Source of the DNA: Botryllus schlosseri
Taxonomy: Eukaryota
Direction of reading: 5' to 3'
DNA length: 64,000 nucleotides
Assembly: GCA_051294905.1 (NCBI GenBank)
Contig: CM119371.1
Coordinates: 32,736,001 to 32,800,000 of the forward strand
The stretch's first letter is position 1. Every line of letters begins with the position of its first letter. This document shows, piece after piece, positions 37,178 to 50,482 of this stretch. The notes under the pieces were generated by a model. That model searched no databases and was not told the origin of the DNA. It saw nothing but the letters and a program-made list of their open reading frames with translations. The translations under genes were made by a program, and so were the position numbers.

Positions 37178-39139
37178 CTAATGAGATAACAAACTTTCAT
37201 TAATAAGATGCGTCATTTGCTTGTTACGTCATAATGTAAATATTGCCCATTTTTATAGTGGACAATTTATCGCACCCAACGATTTGCATTCTTGCCAGGT
37301 CCATGACTGCCGCACCCCAAATTTACCAATAGGGTGGGGAGCGAGCTCGAAGAGGACTTAAAAGTATTTCGTAAACCAACATAAATTATGGAGTATTTTC
37401 GAGAAATTTATCTAACTTGAAAATTGTGTTTTTTCAAGTTGTAAAATTATGCCATATTTGTGTAAATGCTTTCGAAAAACACGTTGTATGAGCCTACGGA
37501 GAATTGCCACCCGACTTAGCCGACATACATCGATATAGGAGGGTTGGAACCCCTCAAAATAGTCGGTTCAACAGTTATATTAAAGATATTTCGTCAAAGG
37601 AGCTATATTTACCCAATATTTTCAATTGTCAATGACAATCCACATTCATGACGTCATTGCATAAAAAAAAAGAAATAATAAAAAGACATGTTTTAAGCAA
37701 GGGCTGTAAACAGGGGCCTTCTTTTAAACATGTTCGCTTAAAATTGATTTTTGTTTTAAAAGCAACCCTAATTTATAGTAATAGGCATTTTGGTTACAGC
37801 CAATACCGTGCCACGACACACCAAAAGACATATGCAGTTTCGACCAACACGCTACTTCACGAAGTGTGCTACTAAAGAAAGGCCTTGGCCGAAACTTAGG
37901 GTATGGGCCCATTGTCAATAGCCGCGCTGGGTGTGCGTGACTATAGTCTGGCCCTTCCAATCTGATCCCACAATGCAAATGCCACTCCCGGACACCCATA
38001 GAGCATTAAAGACATGGCAATATGTGTGTGCGTCTCACGAAAGTTTTTTCTTTTAGTCTGCTACGTTTGGGATACAACAATATCTTTTGATTATATTACA
38101 GACCGGAGGCCATGAATTAACAACATACACTAAAGTAATTATAACAAGATACCAGACGTAGATCTGACTATCGTGGGCAGAGAGAGGATTAAAGATTAAT
38201 AATATTATAATAATGCAATTACCAATGTTATTGACGACATTCAGTCTTCAAGTTGAAAATATCACCCTATGGGGGCCAAAGACCAACGTTTAGACTGGGG
38301 ACGAATTGCTGTTTTGGTTCTGATTCTAGCTATATTCCACGCTAACATGATATATAAGCCCATGGCTTTGACGGCAGTAGAGTCATATGAGAATAAGATT
38401 AAGACAATATAAAACTCTGCCTTCAACTTAATACTGATAATGTACTGCAAGCTGCCGTTACGAAAAACGGCAAAAACGGCTCGGTTATGATATATATCAG
38501 CAGCTGTTGATATTTAATGCTTCGTTTTATTTGACGAGTACAAAATTTCAACTCTTTGTCCGGTGTACGTACGTAGCCTACTACATAGGCCTACTGCTCG
38601 GTCAATCAGCAACGGTCAAACTGCGTTTAACTAAGCATAACCAAACATCAATGCACAAGTTACTATTTTAAACTAGGCAAAGTGGTGATTAATTATCCTG
38701 CTGCGAGGTACTATGGCGTGTGGAACGTGTTGATAAGCTGATAAACAGCACGGTGGGTGTTCTTACTATCACACTAATGTACGTACATTCAATATCTATT
38801 TACTGTGGATACTTCTTACGCAATGACTAGCAAAGCTAATATGCTACTTCTGACGTAATAATGAGCAATGGCATTTGAAAATCAGACGCTTATGCTATCA
38901 CGTAACTGGTATAACATCTCTTCCTTGTTCTCGAATATTCATTTCATTTCATAGTCCTTGTACAAATAAAAAGTAATCGTACTTTCACAAAGAAATCGAT
39001 TAGATATGGGAAGTAGTCGATTACGATTACGATTACTTCGGAATTTTTTCGAATGTAATCGATTGCGATTATGATTACTTGAAAATGCTGTAATCGTCGT
39101 AATCGATTACGATTACTAATCGCGATTACCCCATGTCTG
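37178..39139 (+). repeat. Left-truncated copy of the GATTAC-arm hAT element (partner 60958-63221)
   Basis: Colinear direct similarity at 37178-37430 and 38000-39139; ends at the same terminus CCCCATGTCTG. Confidence 0.85.
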
Positions 39140-39939
39140 GTCATATACAATGATCAATCTTCTAAAATACGAATTTGATCGTCACGACGTGATTCATTAC
39201 TTCAATGTATAGACTGAAGTATTTTAAAGCGGAAAGCTGACTCAATGCCTTGAGAAGGGAAACGGATTTTTAGCTCAAGGATATTAAATAAATTCCACCT
39301 GACAGGAGCAGGTGTATACCTTTGACTTATTTTCAGCGACCAGCGTAAGGAATGATAGACCTTCAATCCTCCTTATAAGTCCCCACCCACCTGGTCCGGA
39401 TTTGACTTAAACGAAGATAATGATTATGGCTTCGGCCAATTCAATTTTGTACAAATGACAAATGGCATATTCGAACGAGATATAATGCAATATGTCGTGT
39501 ACATCTGTAGAGTTGGGATAAAATACGGGTTGTCTCATTACACCAGTAGGACGTATTTCACGATGATTAAATCCGTATTGGAGGGTAAAATCTACAAAGA
39601 TTTCGTCATCAACGTTACAAGCTTACTCTTAACCTACGAACATGAGAGGAACTATATTTGTTTCGATTCTCTAGCGGTCATATTACAAAATTATATGGAA
39701 ATTGTCGTAGTTTTGGGCTGCAGCCGAAGTTTTATTATGTCACATCAAACAAATTAATGTATGTTATAGACCAGGGGTGTCTAACTCAAATTGCCTCGCA
39801 GGCCGGATTCAAATCTCCAAATAGCTCGCGGGCCGCACCATTCAACTGATCCCAAAATGTTACCCCAAGTCATGTCCCATCTTTTCAATAGAATACTCAA
39901 TCATCATGAAAATATAGATACCAGTACATTAGCCTACAT

Positions 39940-40380
39940 CAGTGGTTCCCAACCTGTGGTACGCGGAGGTCTTCCAGGGGGTACGCGAGTAGATTCTGTT
40001 TTTTTTTCGACCGAAGGGAGTTACTAGTTCCGGTTAGGTTGATTTTGAGTTTTTTGAAGCCGTCGCCTCATGCTATTCCACATCAGCTGCTAATTTTCCC
40101 TCATACGTGGGAATGCGAGCAAGGATTTTCATCCCTGATGACTATCAAGTCGAAGAAACGAAACCGACTTGTTGCGCCCATACATGACTTTCCATGCGCT
40201 GTAAACAAACGTATACCACGCATCGACAAGCTAGTGGAAAATAAACAAATGCAGTTATTGCATTAAATAAATTGACTTTTGAATATGTGTTGTTATTTCA
40301 TTATGTTATTCTTCTTTTGACTGGTGGTGAAAAAACAATTCCATACATTCCATCAACCCTGAGTGATAATGCCTATAAAC
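39940..40380 (+). mobile_element. Charlie/Buster-type deletion derivative retaining the transposase C-terminal (dimerisation) coding remnant
   Basis: Left TIR CAGTGGTTCCCAAC; ORF LLIFPHTWECEQGFSSLMTIKSKKRNRL...IPRIDKLV; the same sequence occurs in the 42494 copy. Confidence 0.75.
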
Positions 40381-42493
40381 TTTAGAGCATGGCTCGGCGC
40401 GGCCGAATAATATGTAGATTGTTATTTGTATTGCGTGTGACGCAGTATTTCGCGAAGCAGTACTTGATTATACTTCGATTTCATATAGGCAAAACTCGTT
40501 CCAAAAGATCTATAAATGCTGCTATGGTCTTGATTCAGTTTTGTAATCTACGGGAGGAGGCGGACGAGCTCATAATTTATATTACTGTTCATAAAGTCGC
40601 CAGTTTTACACATAAGCCCAGAGCGACGGTCTGACCATTTTTTTAATAACTAGTGCGCCAAATTGAAAGTATGGGAACCCCTGATTTAGAGACCGGTGTG
40701 TCACACGCAGTGCCAGTCCGGTCATATTGATTATGTCAAAAACAGCATTCGGATTTGGAAATAAACAATCACATGTATTTACAGAATGATGTAAAATAAA
40801 TCAAATGGCAGAAAAGCTTCATATATTAACATCCAAACTCTAGCTGAAACTAATCACTCCAGTCCAACAACCGTATATTGTAGTTTGAAAGTACACAACT
40901 CACCAGCATTTTCGCCAATAAGTGAACTCCTATGGTATTCAACTCAATTCAACAATAGCCTACTTAAGATTTTCTCACTCAGAACAGTTGTAGGTAAGAT
41001 TACGTCATCAGATATCCAGAGTCCAGACCGATAAATATCGACATCAGTTGGCCGAATTCCAAGTAGACATATATCGGTCTCGATGTAATGAACTCATCAT
41101 TACAGGAGCATTTGGATAACATGTTATTCGAATACACCTCCAATTTAACAAACACATACTCAGCAAAATGAATAAAGAGAGATCCATTCATTATCATGGC
41201 GTATTCATTATTGGTTTATTCAAGCAATGGTTTATGCAAGTATCAAAGGTCGCGATATCACAGCATATTGCCGAGTTAAATATGTACCATTGAAATTGCC
41301 TGTTTTGGCTGTTTTGTATTTGGTTGCCACCATTAACGAACTCACAACATCTGCGCGAGGTCATTACGTAGGATTGGAATTTTTCCTCCAGTTAGACGGA
41401 TTGCAATCTGTCTTCGCTTTACGTTGTAGGCCTACTCCATATTATTATTGAAAATCGACTATTCAATCGTTCCCAACCAGGTCACGGCTGCAGTAAAATT
41501 CATCAGATCCTACTAAACTCGAAGTCGACTCCTACTCCGACCCCAACCCCAACTCATATTATTTAATTATAAAATTAGAATTTGACCACTCATTGATAAC
41601 CGGATGCCGACATAATGCTTTACCACAAAAGGGTGTTTTCTCAAAATCATGACAACTGAATAGATTGAATTCCATATTTTATACATGATTTATGAAGTAG
41701 CCTATAAATTGGCGGTGTTCAAGTATCATGCAATGAGATTCCGTTATACTACAGTCCCGCCTAATGCCGATTTAAAACAAAAACAATCTATACCCGAGCA
41801 TATATCAAGAAATCAAAATACATCAAAGAATGAGTAATCCCACGAAACAGAGTCGGTACGGTAAGAGAGTTAAGTAGCCAAATTAATATGTAACAATACT
41901 GCTGTGTCACCTAACAGTAGTAATTGCATTCATAATGAAATATGTCGCAAAATGAACGTCTGTGGGCCGCGGGTTGAGAATCCCTGCTGTACATTATTCT
42001 ATAGTATGCATAGCAACTGGAGATCTATATAATGGAGATTTATAAATAGTATACGCTACTTCTCGTCATGAGATTCAATGCAAGTCACATGTGCAAGAAT
42101 AGTATGCATAAGCCAATTTATGCAGGTCAAATAAGTTGCAAACCTATGCAGATACTCTACTTTCTCCATCGTCAATAAAAACTCAATGCACTCATACTAT
42201 GCTCGTAAATATTTACAGGATGGCAAACTTGAACACGATATATATAAATACGAAGCACACAAACGAGTGCTAGTGATTTTTTTGGAGTGTAGTGTAGTGT
42301 TGAGTTGCACCGCAAACCTATGTATTCTCACTACTTCTTGAACAGTCAGTAATACGGAGGCCTATACATATTCCAATATCGAGATCGCGCCGATTTTAAA
42401 AAATTAACAATTCAATTTTGTCATTCTCAAATAAAGGGATATCTAGTTCGAAAACTAATGTGGATAAAACTCCCGTTTCGTGTGTGTTTAGAC

Positions 42494-44003
42494 CAGTGGT
42501 TCCCAACCTGTGGTACGCGTACCACTAGTGGTACGCGAAGGTTTTCCAGGTGGTACGCGAGTACATCCTGTTTTTTTCGACCGAAGGGAGTTATTAGTTC
42601 AGGTGGGGTTGATTTTGAGTTTTTTGTAGCATCGCCTCCTCGTATTCTCACTCTTTTCCCCACCTGGTAATTTTCCCTTTTACGTGGGAGTGTGAGCAAG
42701 TATTCCCATCCCTGATGACTATCAAGTCGAAGAAACGAAACCGACTTGTTGCGCCCATCCATGACTTTCGATGCGCTGTGAGCAAAGTTATACCACACAT
42801 CGACCAGCTAGTGCAGGGTCGGCCAACCCGAGGCTCGCGAGTCAAATGTGGCCCGCGAGAAGATTAATGGGAGCCGGGAGATAATTCTCGAAATTACTTA
42901 TAATATCAAATAATAAATTACTCAAGTCATTTACTGTGAACTTCCAAGACCAACCAAAAAACTGATAAGTCTGTCCCCGAAATTTGGGATCTTGATGACT
43001 TAAATACCAGTTCGGACGCATTGGCGTAGCCAGGGACCAGCGACATTTTCCGTAGATCTCCCTATATGACCATATAGTAGAATATTTCGTGGTAGATCTA
43101 TTTGAATTGATCTTTTACTTGGCACTTAGCGCGATTTGTTGTCACTCAATTTCTTGCTTTATCTAGCCATTCATGAATATAAAAATACGCACAATCTACC
43201 TAATTGGCTATATTGGCAATTATGAGAGAACGTGCCGTCCAACATCCGACTTCGCATCTGCACTCGCAGAGATGATGAAGAAGATGATCGGCGATGAAAT
43301 TTCTGCGCAAAATGATAGACGCATGTTCACCGAAATCGTCGATATTAATATGTCCGAATAATCCTGTGTTTGCCAAGTGATCCCAGTGTTATACAGAGGT
43401 GACCAGCAATATATGCAAGTGACCTTAGTATTGGCCGAAGTCATTCACTTTGAAAAATTTTCGCGCTTGGTGCGGTTACTTCATGAGTGCACTATGCACA
43501 CTGACTGTTCGTGACATAATTATTTTCGATTTTGATGCGTACTAATATAAGTCTTGTTTTCATCATTACCTAATCCGGTTTGCTACTATATCGGGTGGCT
43601 AAAAAAAGGTCATCAACATTCAAGTGGCCCGCGCAACGGTTCGCAAATCTCATTTGGTCATTTGGTCGAAAATGTTGGCCGACCCTGAGCTGGTGGAAAA
43701 TAAACAAATGCAGCCGTCGCAATATATAAATTGGCCTTTGTTGTTTGTTATTAATTCATTATGTTGTTCTTCTTGTGACTGGTGGTGAAAAAAGAATTCC
43801 ATGCATCCCATTAGCCCTGACTGATAATGCCTAATTGAATAGAATTTGTTATTACACCTCGCATAGATCAAATACGTGCCTATGACGTCATAAATATGGG
43901 AAACTTTTTTAGCGCCTTCGGCGTGCGTAACTTGTAGGTGGTACCCGAGCACTGCATAAAACCTCGAAATGGTACGTGGGTAGAAAAAGGTTGGGAACCA
44001 CTG
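42494..44003 (+). mobile_element. Charlie/Buster-type non-autonomous element split by a nested insertion
   Basis: TIRs CAGTGGTTCCCAAC at both ends; TSD GTTTAGA(C/G); empty insertion site visible in the 39940 copy (AGCTAGTG near 40229). Confidence 0.88.
42814..43687. mobile_element. hAT MITE nested in the 42494-44003 element
   Basis: 14-bp TIR CAGGGTCGGCCAAC; TSD AGCT(A/G)GTG. Confidence 0.88.
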
Positions 44004-44099
44004 GTTTAGAGTGACTGTGCGATCTAAAACTGGTCGCTCGAAGCAAGCAACCCACATTTTACATTATTTATAATGACCAATGCAGTCGTCTAAACATAT

Positions 44100-44420
44100 T
44101 GCTTGTCGTCTGTATACTATACGAACGAAGCACGACGAAGATTTGAGGATTTCATGATTATTATCAAAAGTACGTTTGCAATAAGAACTCGGGCAAAAAT
44201 AGCACTGCATAGGTCCAACCCTGTGAGAACGATATCGGAATGATGCTACACCATGTTTCTTCAGTGGCCCAATCGCGCTCCCCATTTCGCCCCAGAACAT
44301 ACCTCCGCCCCAATAAAACTCAGAATCCCTCCTGTATGATTGAAACCTTCGACAATTCGTTTCGATTCCATCCCATCTTTTCATATTATCGCAGAAAGTG
44401 TGGTGTTTTGATATAATTGA
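44100..44420 (-). pseudogene. Heavily decayed Tc1-like transposase fragment (first catalytic Asp region)
   Basis: Minus strand reads KVSIIQEGF*VLLGRRYVLGRNGER (cf. Tc1 KVxFSDESKF...GRRYVRRxPGE), then in a shifted frame KHG...RVGPM (cf. KHGGG...GVGPL). Confidence 0.5.
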
Positions 44421-45938
44421 ATTATAAATAGAATGAACTGAATTTGCGTATTCGTAGAATTGCATTGTGAATGTCGCGTTGCTAGCGTACAATTAACTCC
44501 GACGAGATTGCTACATGAATGATGTCCATTTCTGTTGCTTGCTTACAATAGTGCAATGGTAATATATTCATGATGTCTAGTGATAAAATTCAACAGCCTC
44601 GACCACACCTGTTTCTTATTAATATGAGAGCAACATCATTTGCTCTTGGCTTTTTTCCCATTGGAAATTGCACGTTCATTGTTCCTTGCCATTCAAAGTT
44701 TTGAAGCATACAATTCTACAGGAGTCAATTCTGGTTGCGCGGAAAAAGTCATATTGGTCAAGTCATACTCATATCTATCAAAACGTTCGATGCACGTTTA
44801 CTTGCGGTATAATACAAAAATCGATTCAATCCACCTTAACAATTCAAACGGCTCATCGTATGAGCCTTCGCATCACTACATAAAGTGACGCACTGACGAG
44901 GCAATACAGTATTCACTATTTACTGATTCTGTTGCTGCGTTGGACGAAGCAAATGCGGAGTATCAAATTAAATTAGACATTGCTGGAATATTGAGCAATG
45001 GTTATAGTGGATAGGTAATAGTGTACTAGTAGACCAAGTACAACTACTCGTTTGATGAAATATAATCTGAGCCTAGTCACTACAGAAAATACCATGACTT
45101 CGTGATATTTCCAGGTGGCTTTCTGTTGAACTGTCGCATAACCTGAACAATTACGAAAGCTTTTTTTCAGTAGATCTAAGTAAACTACCTACGTTCTCCT
45201 AGCATTCTGGAAAAACAATGACAGAATGACAATAGGCCAACATTTAGCAAGGGACAATAGCTCGCACTCATGAAGGCAGCAGCATGGTTTAACGATCCGC
45301 AAATTAGTGTGAGACAGTTATTCCTTTATACGAAGAGGTCGCAACCTTTTTTACGCCGTGGCGGCCTATGAAAATATTTGAAAGGCTATTGCCTCTATTT
45401 TCTCATCCTATACATTAAAATTAGGAAACTTTGTTTTGTCCTAGTTTATAAAGTAACCGGTAGGTGAAATGAGTAAATCATATGGACTCTCAAAAAGGCA
45501 ATGATAAAATTATACAACACACAATTGACATAAGAATACGTTGGTTAGTTAACATATTATATTAATAACGTGGCCAGGCTTGGTTTTGTTCTGAAGGTTG
45601 AAAGGCCAGTTGAATGTTGTATTGAATATCCAACACTGCTTTATCATCATCATCATTAAAAACAATTATGTTGATGGGTAAGCCAACTGAAATGGCATGA
45701 CAATTTCAGTTAGCCTACGGGGTAGGTATGATTTGCTTAGTTTTGTCCGACATGTCGTCAAACTATAGTTCTCGGAGCTCACTCTCTTCTTGCAGCTTCA
45801 ATAGTTAACTTTTATAAGTTTTTATAACCACCCTGTAAAAGACTCGTAGCCGTAAGGGACCATAGTCTAAAGCAGTGGTTCCCAACCTTTTTGTCTTCAT
45901 TCCCCACTTCGGATTTATTCCAAGCCTTCATTCCCCAC

Positions 45939-46882
45939 CAGGACCGTAACAGCACTTCGTCAGTCCCGTCCAAAACCGTTGTTCTTGGGCCCCCACAGGG
46001 TGATAACCCCCTCAGCCCCACTCAGTATGTACGTTTTCTCCCGCTACTTATCAGCTACATTGGATATACTGTTTAGTAGGTCGCCTTATTTGGGCTGAAC
46101 GCGCGAAGCGCGAAAAATTTATATAGTTCGTGTTTCAATCGGTAAATATGATCGGGAATTGCATATAATTTGTTATCAAATTTTTATCCCCTCTCTGATC
46201 ACGTATTCAGAATTACCGGTAAAGCTGAGTGCGGTGTGTTGGAAAAGGTAGCACCCCTAAATAACAATTAAACATTTTCAGGCGGACCCGTTGGTATATT
46301 GACTTCATTACATTATGCTACTTCGTGACCTCCTATATCTGCTATGTCAACAGATATGGAAATCGCCCGAACTAAAAGGCACACACGATTTCAAATTAGT
46401 ATTGCTTTGATCGCAAATAATTTTTCCCTGCGGGATGGCATTCGCCCTGTGGGGTTCAGATCGCCAGGACAGGAACATTCGGCGTTAGCCATTTAGCCGC
46501 CTATGGACATTGTACAATTAAACATATATGTATATTGTATATATATCGAAGTTTTCGGTCACCACAAGGCCATTCCTTCTCGGCCAAGGTCTTCTCGCTG
46601 CTGATCGCTCTGGTATACTTTTCGGAGTTGCATGTTACATGGCCTTTGTGCGTCGTGGCGCAGTAATGGCCGACGCCGAAGTCTCCATTTCAATATTTTC
46701 TACGTATTTTTGTGGGGGAAGGGTACCGAATAATCAGATATTCGGCAATATCAAATCGCGTAACTACCGCGAAATATTTTTGAAAAAGTGGCATAAATTT
46801 TAAAAAAATTCTATGATTTATGTTAATGCACGAATAATTATTTTATTTGGGGGGGGGGTGGGGTGCGGCAGTTACGGTCCTG
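45939..46882. mobile_element. hAT-type MITE (CAGGACCGTAAC family) nested in a Charlie MITE starting at 45873
   Basis: 12-bp TIR CAGGACCGTAAC; TSD (T/C)TCCCCAC; relatives at 54028-54420 and 55570-55966. Confidence 0.82.
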
Positions 46883-49526
46883 CTCCCCACTACCTAGAAC
46901 CTCTGTCATCACAGAGCAGCTATTTGCTGGTCGACTACACAAGACACACAACCACACCAGCACGCAAAACAATCGCATTTAACTGCAACATAAAACGTAT
47001 TGTGAACCGATACCAGTAACGCTAAAAATTTTGCGAAAGCGTTATTTCACGTCAAAGTAGTTGTGCCATGTCGTGTGTGGGAAAATTACATCGAACTCAA
47101 ATCTATTATTTCGCAGCCTTTGATACACGTAGAGTAAGGCCACGGGAAAGCACGCAATTAGGTTGAAATACAATAAGTAGAGCTCGTATGTATATAGTTT
47201 ATTAGAAAATAGGTGGAAACCTAGGCAGTCCAATAGGATGGGCCCCTGCTCAAGATACCAGAAGCCAGTATCCGGACCGCTCTTTTCCAGCCTGATAACA
47301 AGTCGCTGCCTTATATTGCACTGATCTAGTCATTCTCAGTATCGGTCATTGTGAACCTTCTGTATTCCGCGCATGCGAGGTCGTTGAGAGCAAACAGGCT
47401 CGATGAAGTACTGTGCTTAACCGAAATTATTTCATCCTATACTTCAATTTCCGAAAGCGTCGCTGGACTTGAACTTCACACTTTGCATAGTAACCGGTAG
47501 ATAGTGGGCAAAGCTCATTCAATTCGCGGTGATATTAAGGAATTGTTAGTAATCACGACACGTATTCATTTTGTTGGGAATTCCTATACCAGTAGCTTCA
47601 CCGGATGTCGTTACATGAATAGTGGTATTTGGCACAGCGCATGCGAAGGTGTTTGACCGCTGGTATATTATACATCTCACCAACAAAATTATTTAACACA
47701 TGAATACAAAGAATAAATATGACCCACGCTCCTGCGCAAGTTGCCTGCGTGTATAACTAATTAAGTTTCGTAACAAAATTCTGCAACGCTGACATACGTC
47801 AAGTGAATGTGATTACCGCATTTGCGACAGCAACTGATGCTGTGATGTATAAATTATCCATCAATGTTTAAGCAACATCTAGAGTGGAACAAGTGACGCA
47901 TAGACTTTGTGTTAAATTTTTGGCAGGGTCTAAATTAGGAAACAGCTCAATAAGGAAGCGTGACATATCCTTATTTTTAGGTCATCAGACCTTTACTCTT
48001 TACGTTACCAATGATACAACCAATCTTGTCGATCACATCTGTTTCATTTCAATGCTTTCGAAACGTGCACTTTTGACTCCTCTGATGTAATTTTTACGTT
48101 CCTTGTTTGCTGCAATTGAAATTTCTTCACGCATACATTACACATATGGAGTCAATGGTAATTGCGAGAGGAAGCTTTATTGCACACGTCACTTTATTAC
48201 ATCAGTGGTTCCCAACCTTTTTCACCTTGCAGACCGGTAAAATTTTAAAAAACATTTGTCAGACCGGTGTACCATCGAAAATTAAAATCAACCGAAAATG
48301 TCAAGCATGAAACCGTTAAATAGTGACGTTTTGAGAGTAATTAATTGTGTTCATGATATCATTCATGTGATTTTACGATAGTTAGTTTGCTGAGTCCAGG
48401 TAAAATTATTTGACCAGACAAACCTGCTAGCGCTGAGAATCGATGACAGTATTTCACGGCGAAAGCCGTGGATTAACCGACTACTGCACTACGCCAACTC
48501 GAATAATATTCTTCCTTTCGACAATATCGAGAGAAGTGTTTTGGAGTAGGACCAAGCACCTCGTCGTACTAAGACTAACTTGCTCATTTCACACTTTCGC
48601 CAGATGTACTATGTATGTAGTGGTAGCCTTACCATTGGGGGGGGGGGGTAGGTGAAACTTCCGGGGGGGCTCCTTTATCTATATTATCGTAACTTCTGAG
48701 GGCTACGCCCACGAGACCCCCCTCACTAATGGTGGACGAAAGTTTTATTGTTGTGCATCTCGGATGCACTGTTTCGATAGTGCATTGTCTGTATATCATG
48801 ATAAAACTTTCAGCATATAAAATAATTATAATGTTATGCCAAAATACAATAAACGACTTTTCATATTTGAAAAGAAGTGAGTCAAGTGAACTATAGCGCG
48901 TGTCGAGACCCACCTATTTAGAAGAATTATGGGATGTAGCATGACATGATAGTATACCAAGGCAACTGCACACCAAATAGACCACATAAATCCAGAAAGC
49001 TGTCGGCTGACATTAGTAATAAGCCAACACACCACGTCAAGGTATCAGCCAGGGGCTGGATTGGGCCTATCATTTTACTGCAAAGAAGATTTTGTTGCAT
49101 GATTTGGCATAAAAGCAAAATATGTGGCAATGAGGTACAACACCAGTAATACCACATGAACACATCAGTACTGGTATCACCTGTAAAGAGCTAGTTCCAC
49201 GATCTGTAAGAATATACATTTCAATACAGCATCCATTGTAATGCAATATTTATTGAACTCGAAGAATTTTCGGGTGCCTCTTCTCAGGAGGCATTTAAAC
49301 ATATTTGAAAGCAAAACCAAAAAGGCAAAGCATGATGCAACAATCAAATCACACACCATGATATTGGCATTGTAACAATGATAACAACAACAACAAACTT
49401 TGAAGGATATGCACAGCCGGTACTACAGTAGCAGCACAATTTGTAAATAAACTGGTACACACACGAAACAACACGTACTAATAAGAAATCGGTAAGTATA
49501 GAGAAAATCTTTTTGTCTGTAAGAAC

Positions 49527-50482
49527 CAGTGTTGGGATGACTCGAGTCATGACTTGACTCGAGTCAGACTCGAGTCAACTTTTCGCATGACTTGACTTGA
49601 CTCGAGTCACTTAGCAAAAATGACTTGACTTGACTTGACTCAGCGCTTCAGAAATGGGGATTGACTCGTGACTCGGATCTAGATTTACGAGTCTATTTCA
49701 AGTCATCTAGTAAACGGTGTCAATTAAATCGCTGCATCTCTTTGATGTTCAGATTGTTCGCGATACGCTGGTGTGACTTGTGAGAGCCGCCAGTCATTCA
49801 CAGATTGTACTTTTACTGATCCCCCATTGTTACATCACAAATATATAGACCGAAAACGAAATGATCACAGCTTACGTTTATGTACTAGCTGTAGAATAAT
49901 CTAATAACTACGTATCTCTGTTTGTTAGACGGCTCAGTGCTTACATCGCGAAGTGCCCAGCTTAGCCAACCAACTATCTAGTATGATTTGAATCGAACGA
50001 ATATAGATTCTGCGTTTATAATCTCACGGATGTGTTGATAGGTAGTGTATTGTACCATATCAATTTGTTTCAACTTCTCGGCGCTTCGTATTCGATCCTC
50101 CATCTTGGTTCACGTATTTTATTAGCTGCTCTAAGAGTTCGTGAGTGATACAACGCCTTTTTGCACGTATATTTAACTTGATACTCGTTATATTTGATTC
50201 AAGAGATATCACCAACCAATCTGTCATTCACACAGCTAGCAAAATGTAATGACTTTGAATCATCACTCGTACTTCGAAAATTTAATTTGACTTGAATTGT
50301 GACTTGACTCGTGACTTGACTTGACTTGACTCTACTTGACTCGAGTCACCTCCAAAAAACGAGTGACTTGACTTGACTCGAGTCACCTTCGAAAATCGAT
50401 TGACTTGACTTGACTCGAGTCAATATGTGCAATGACTCGAGATGACTCGTGACTCGAAGGTAGTGACTTGATCGCAACACTG
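49527..50482. mobile_element. hAT-type MITE with GACTT/GACTCGAGTC repeat arms
   Basis: TIR CAGTGTTG; perfect TSD GTAAGAAC (49519-49526, 50483-50490). Confidence 0.9.

Noticed and set aside
37828-37900. Hammerhead-ribozyme-like CTAAAGA..GGCCTTGGCC-GAAAC; a similar degenerate motif lies near 47400-47425
   Set aside because: The catalytic core is mutated (CUGA to CUAA), stem III does not form and the NUH site is out of register with stem I; better explained as a short inverted repeat or dead Penelope-like relic.
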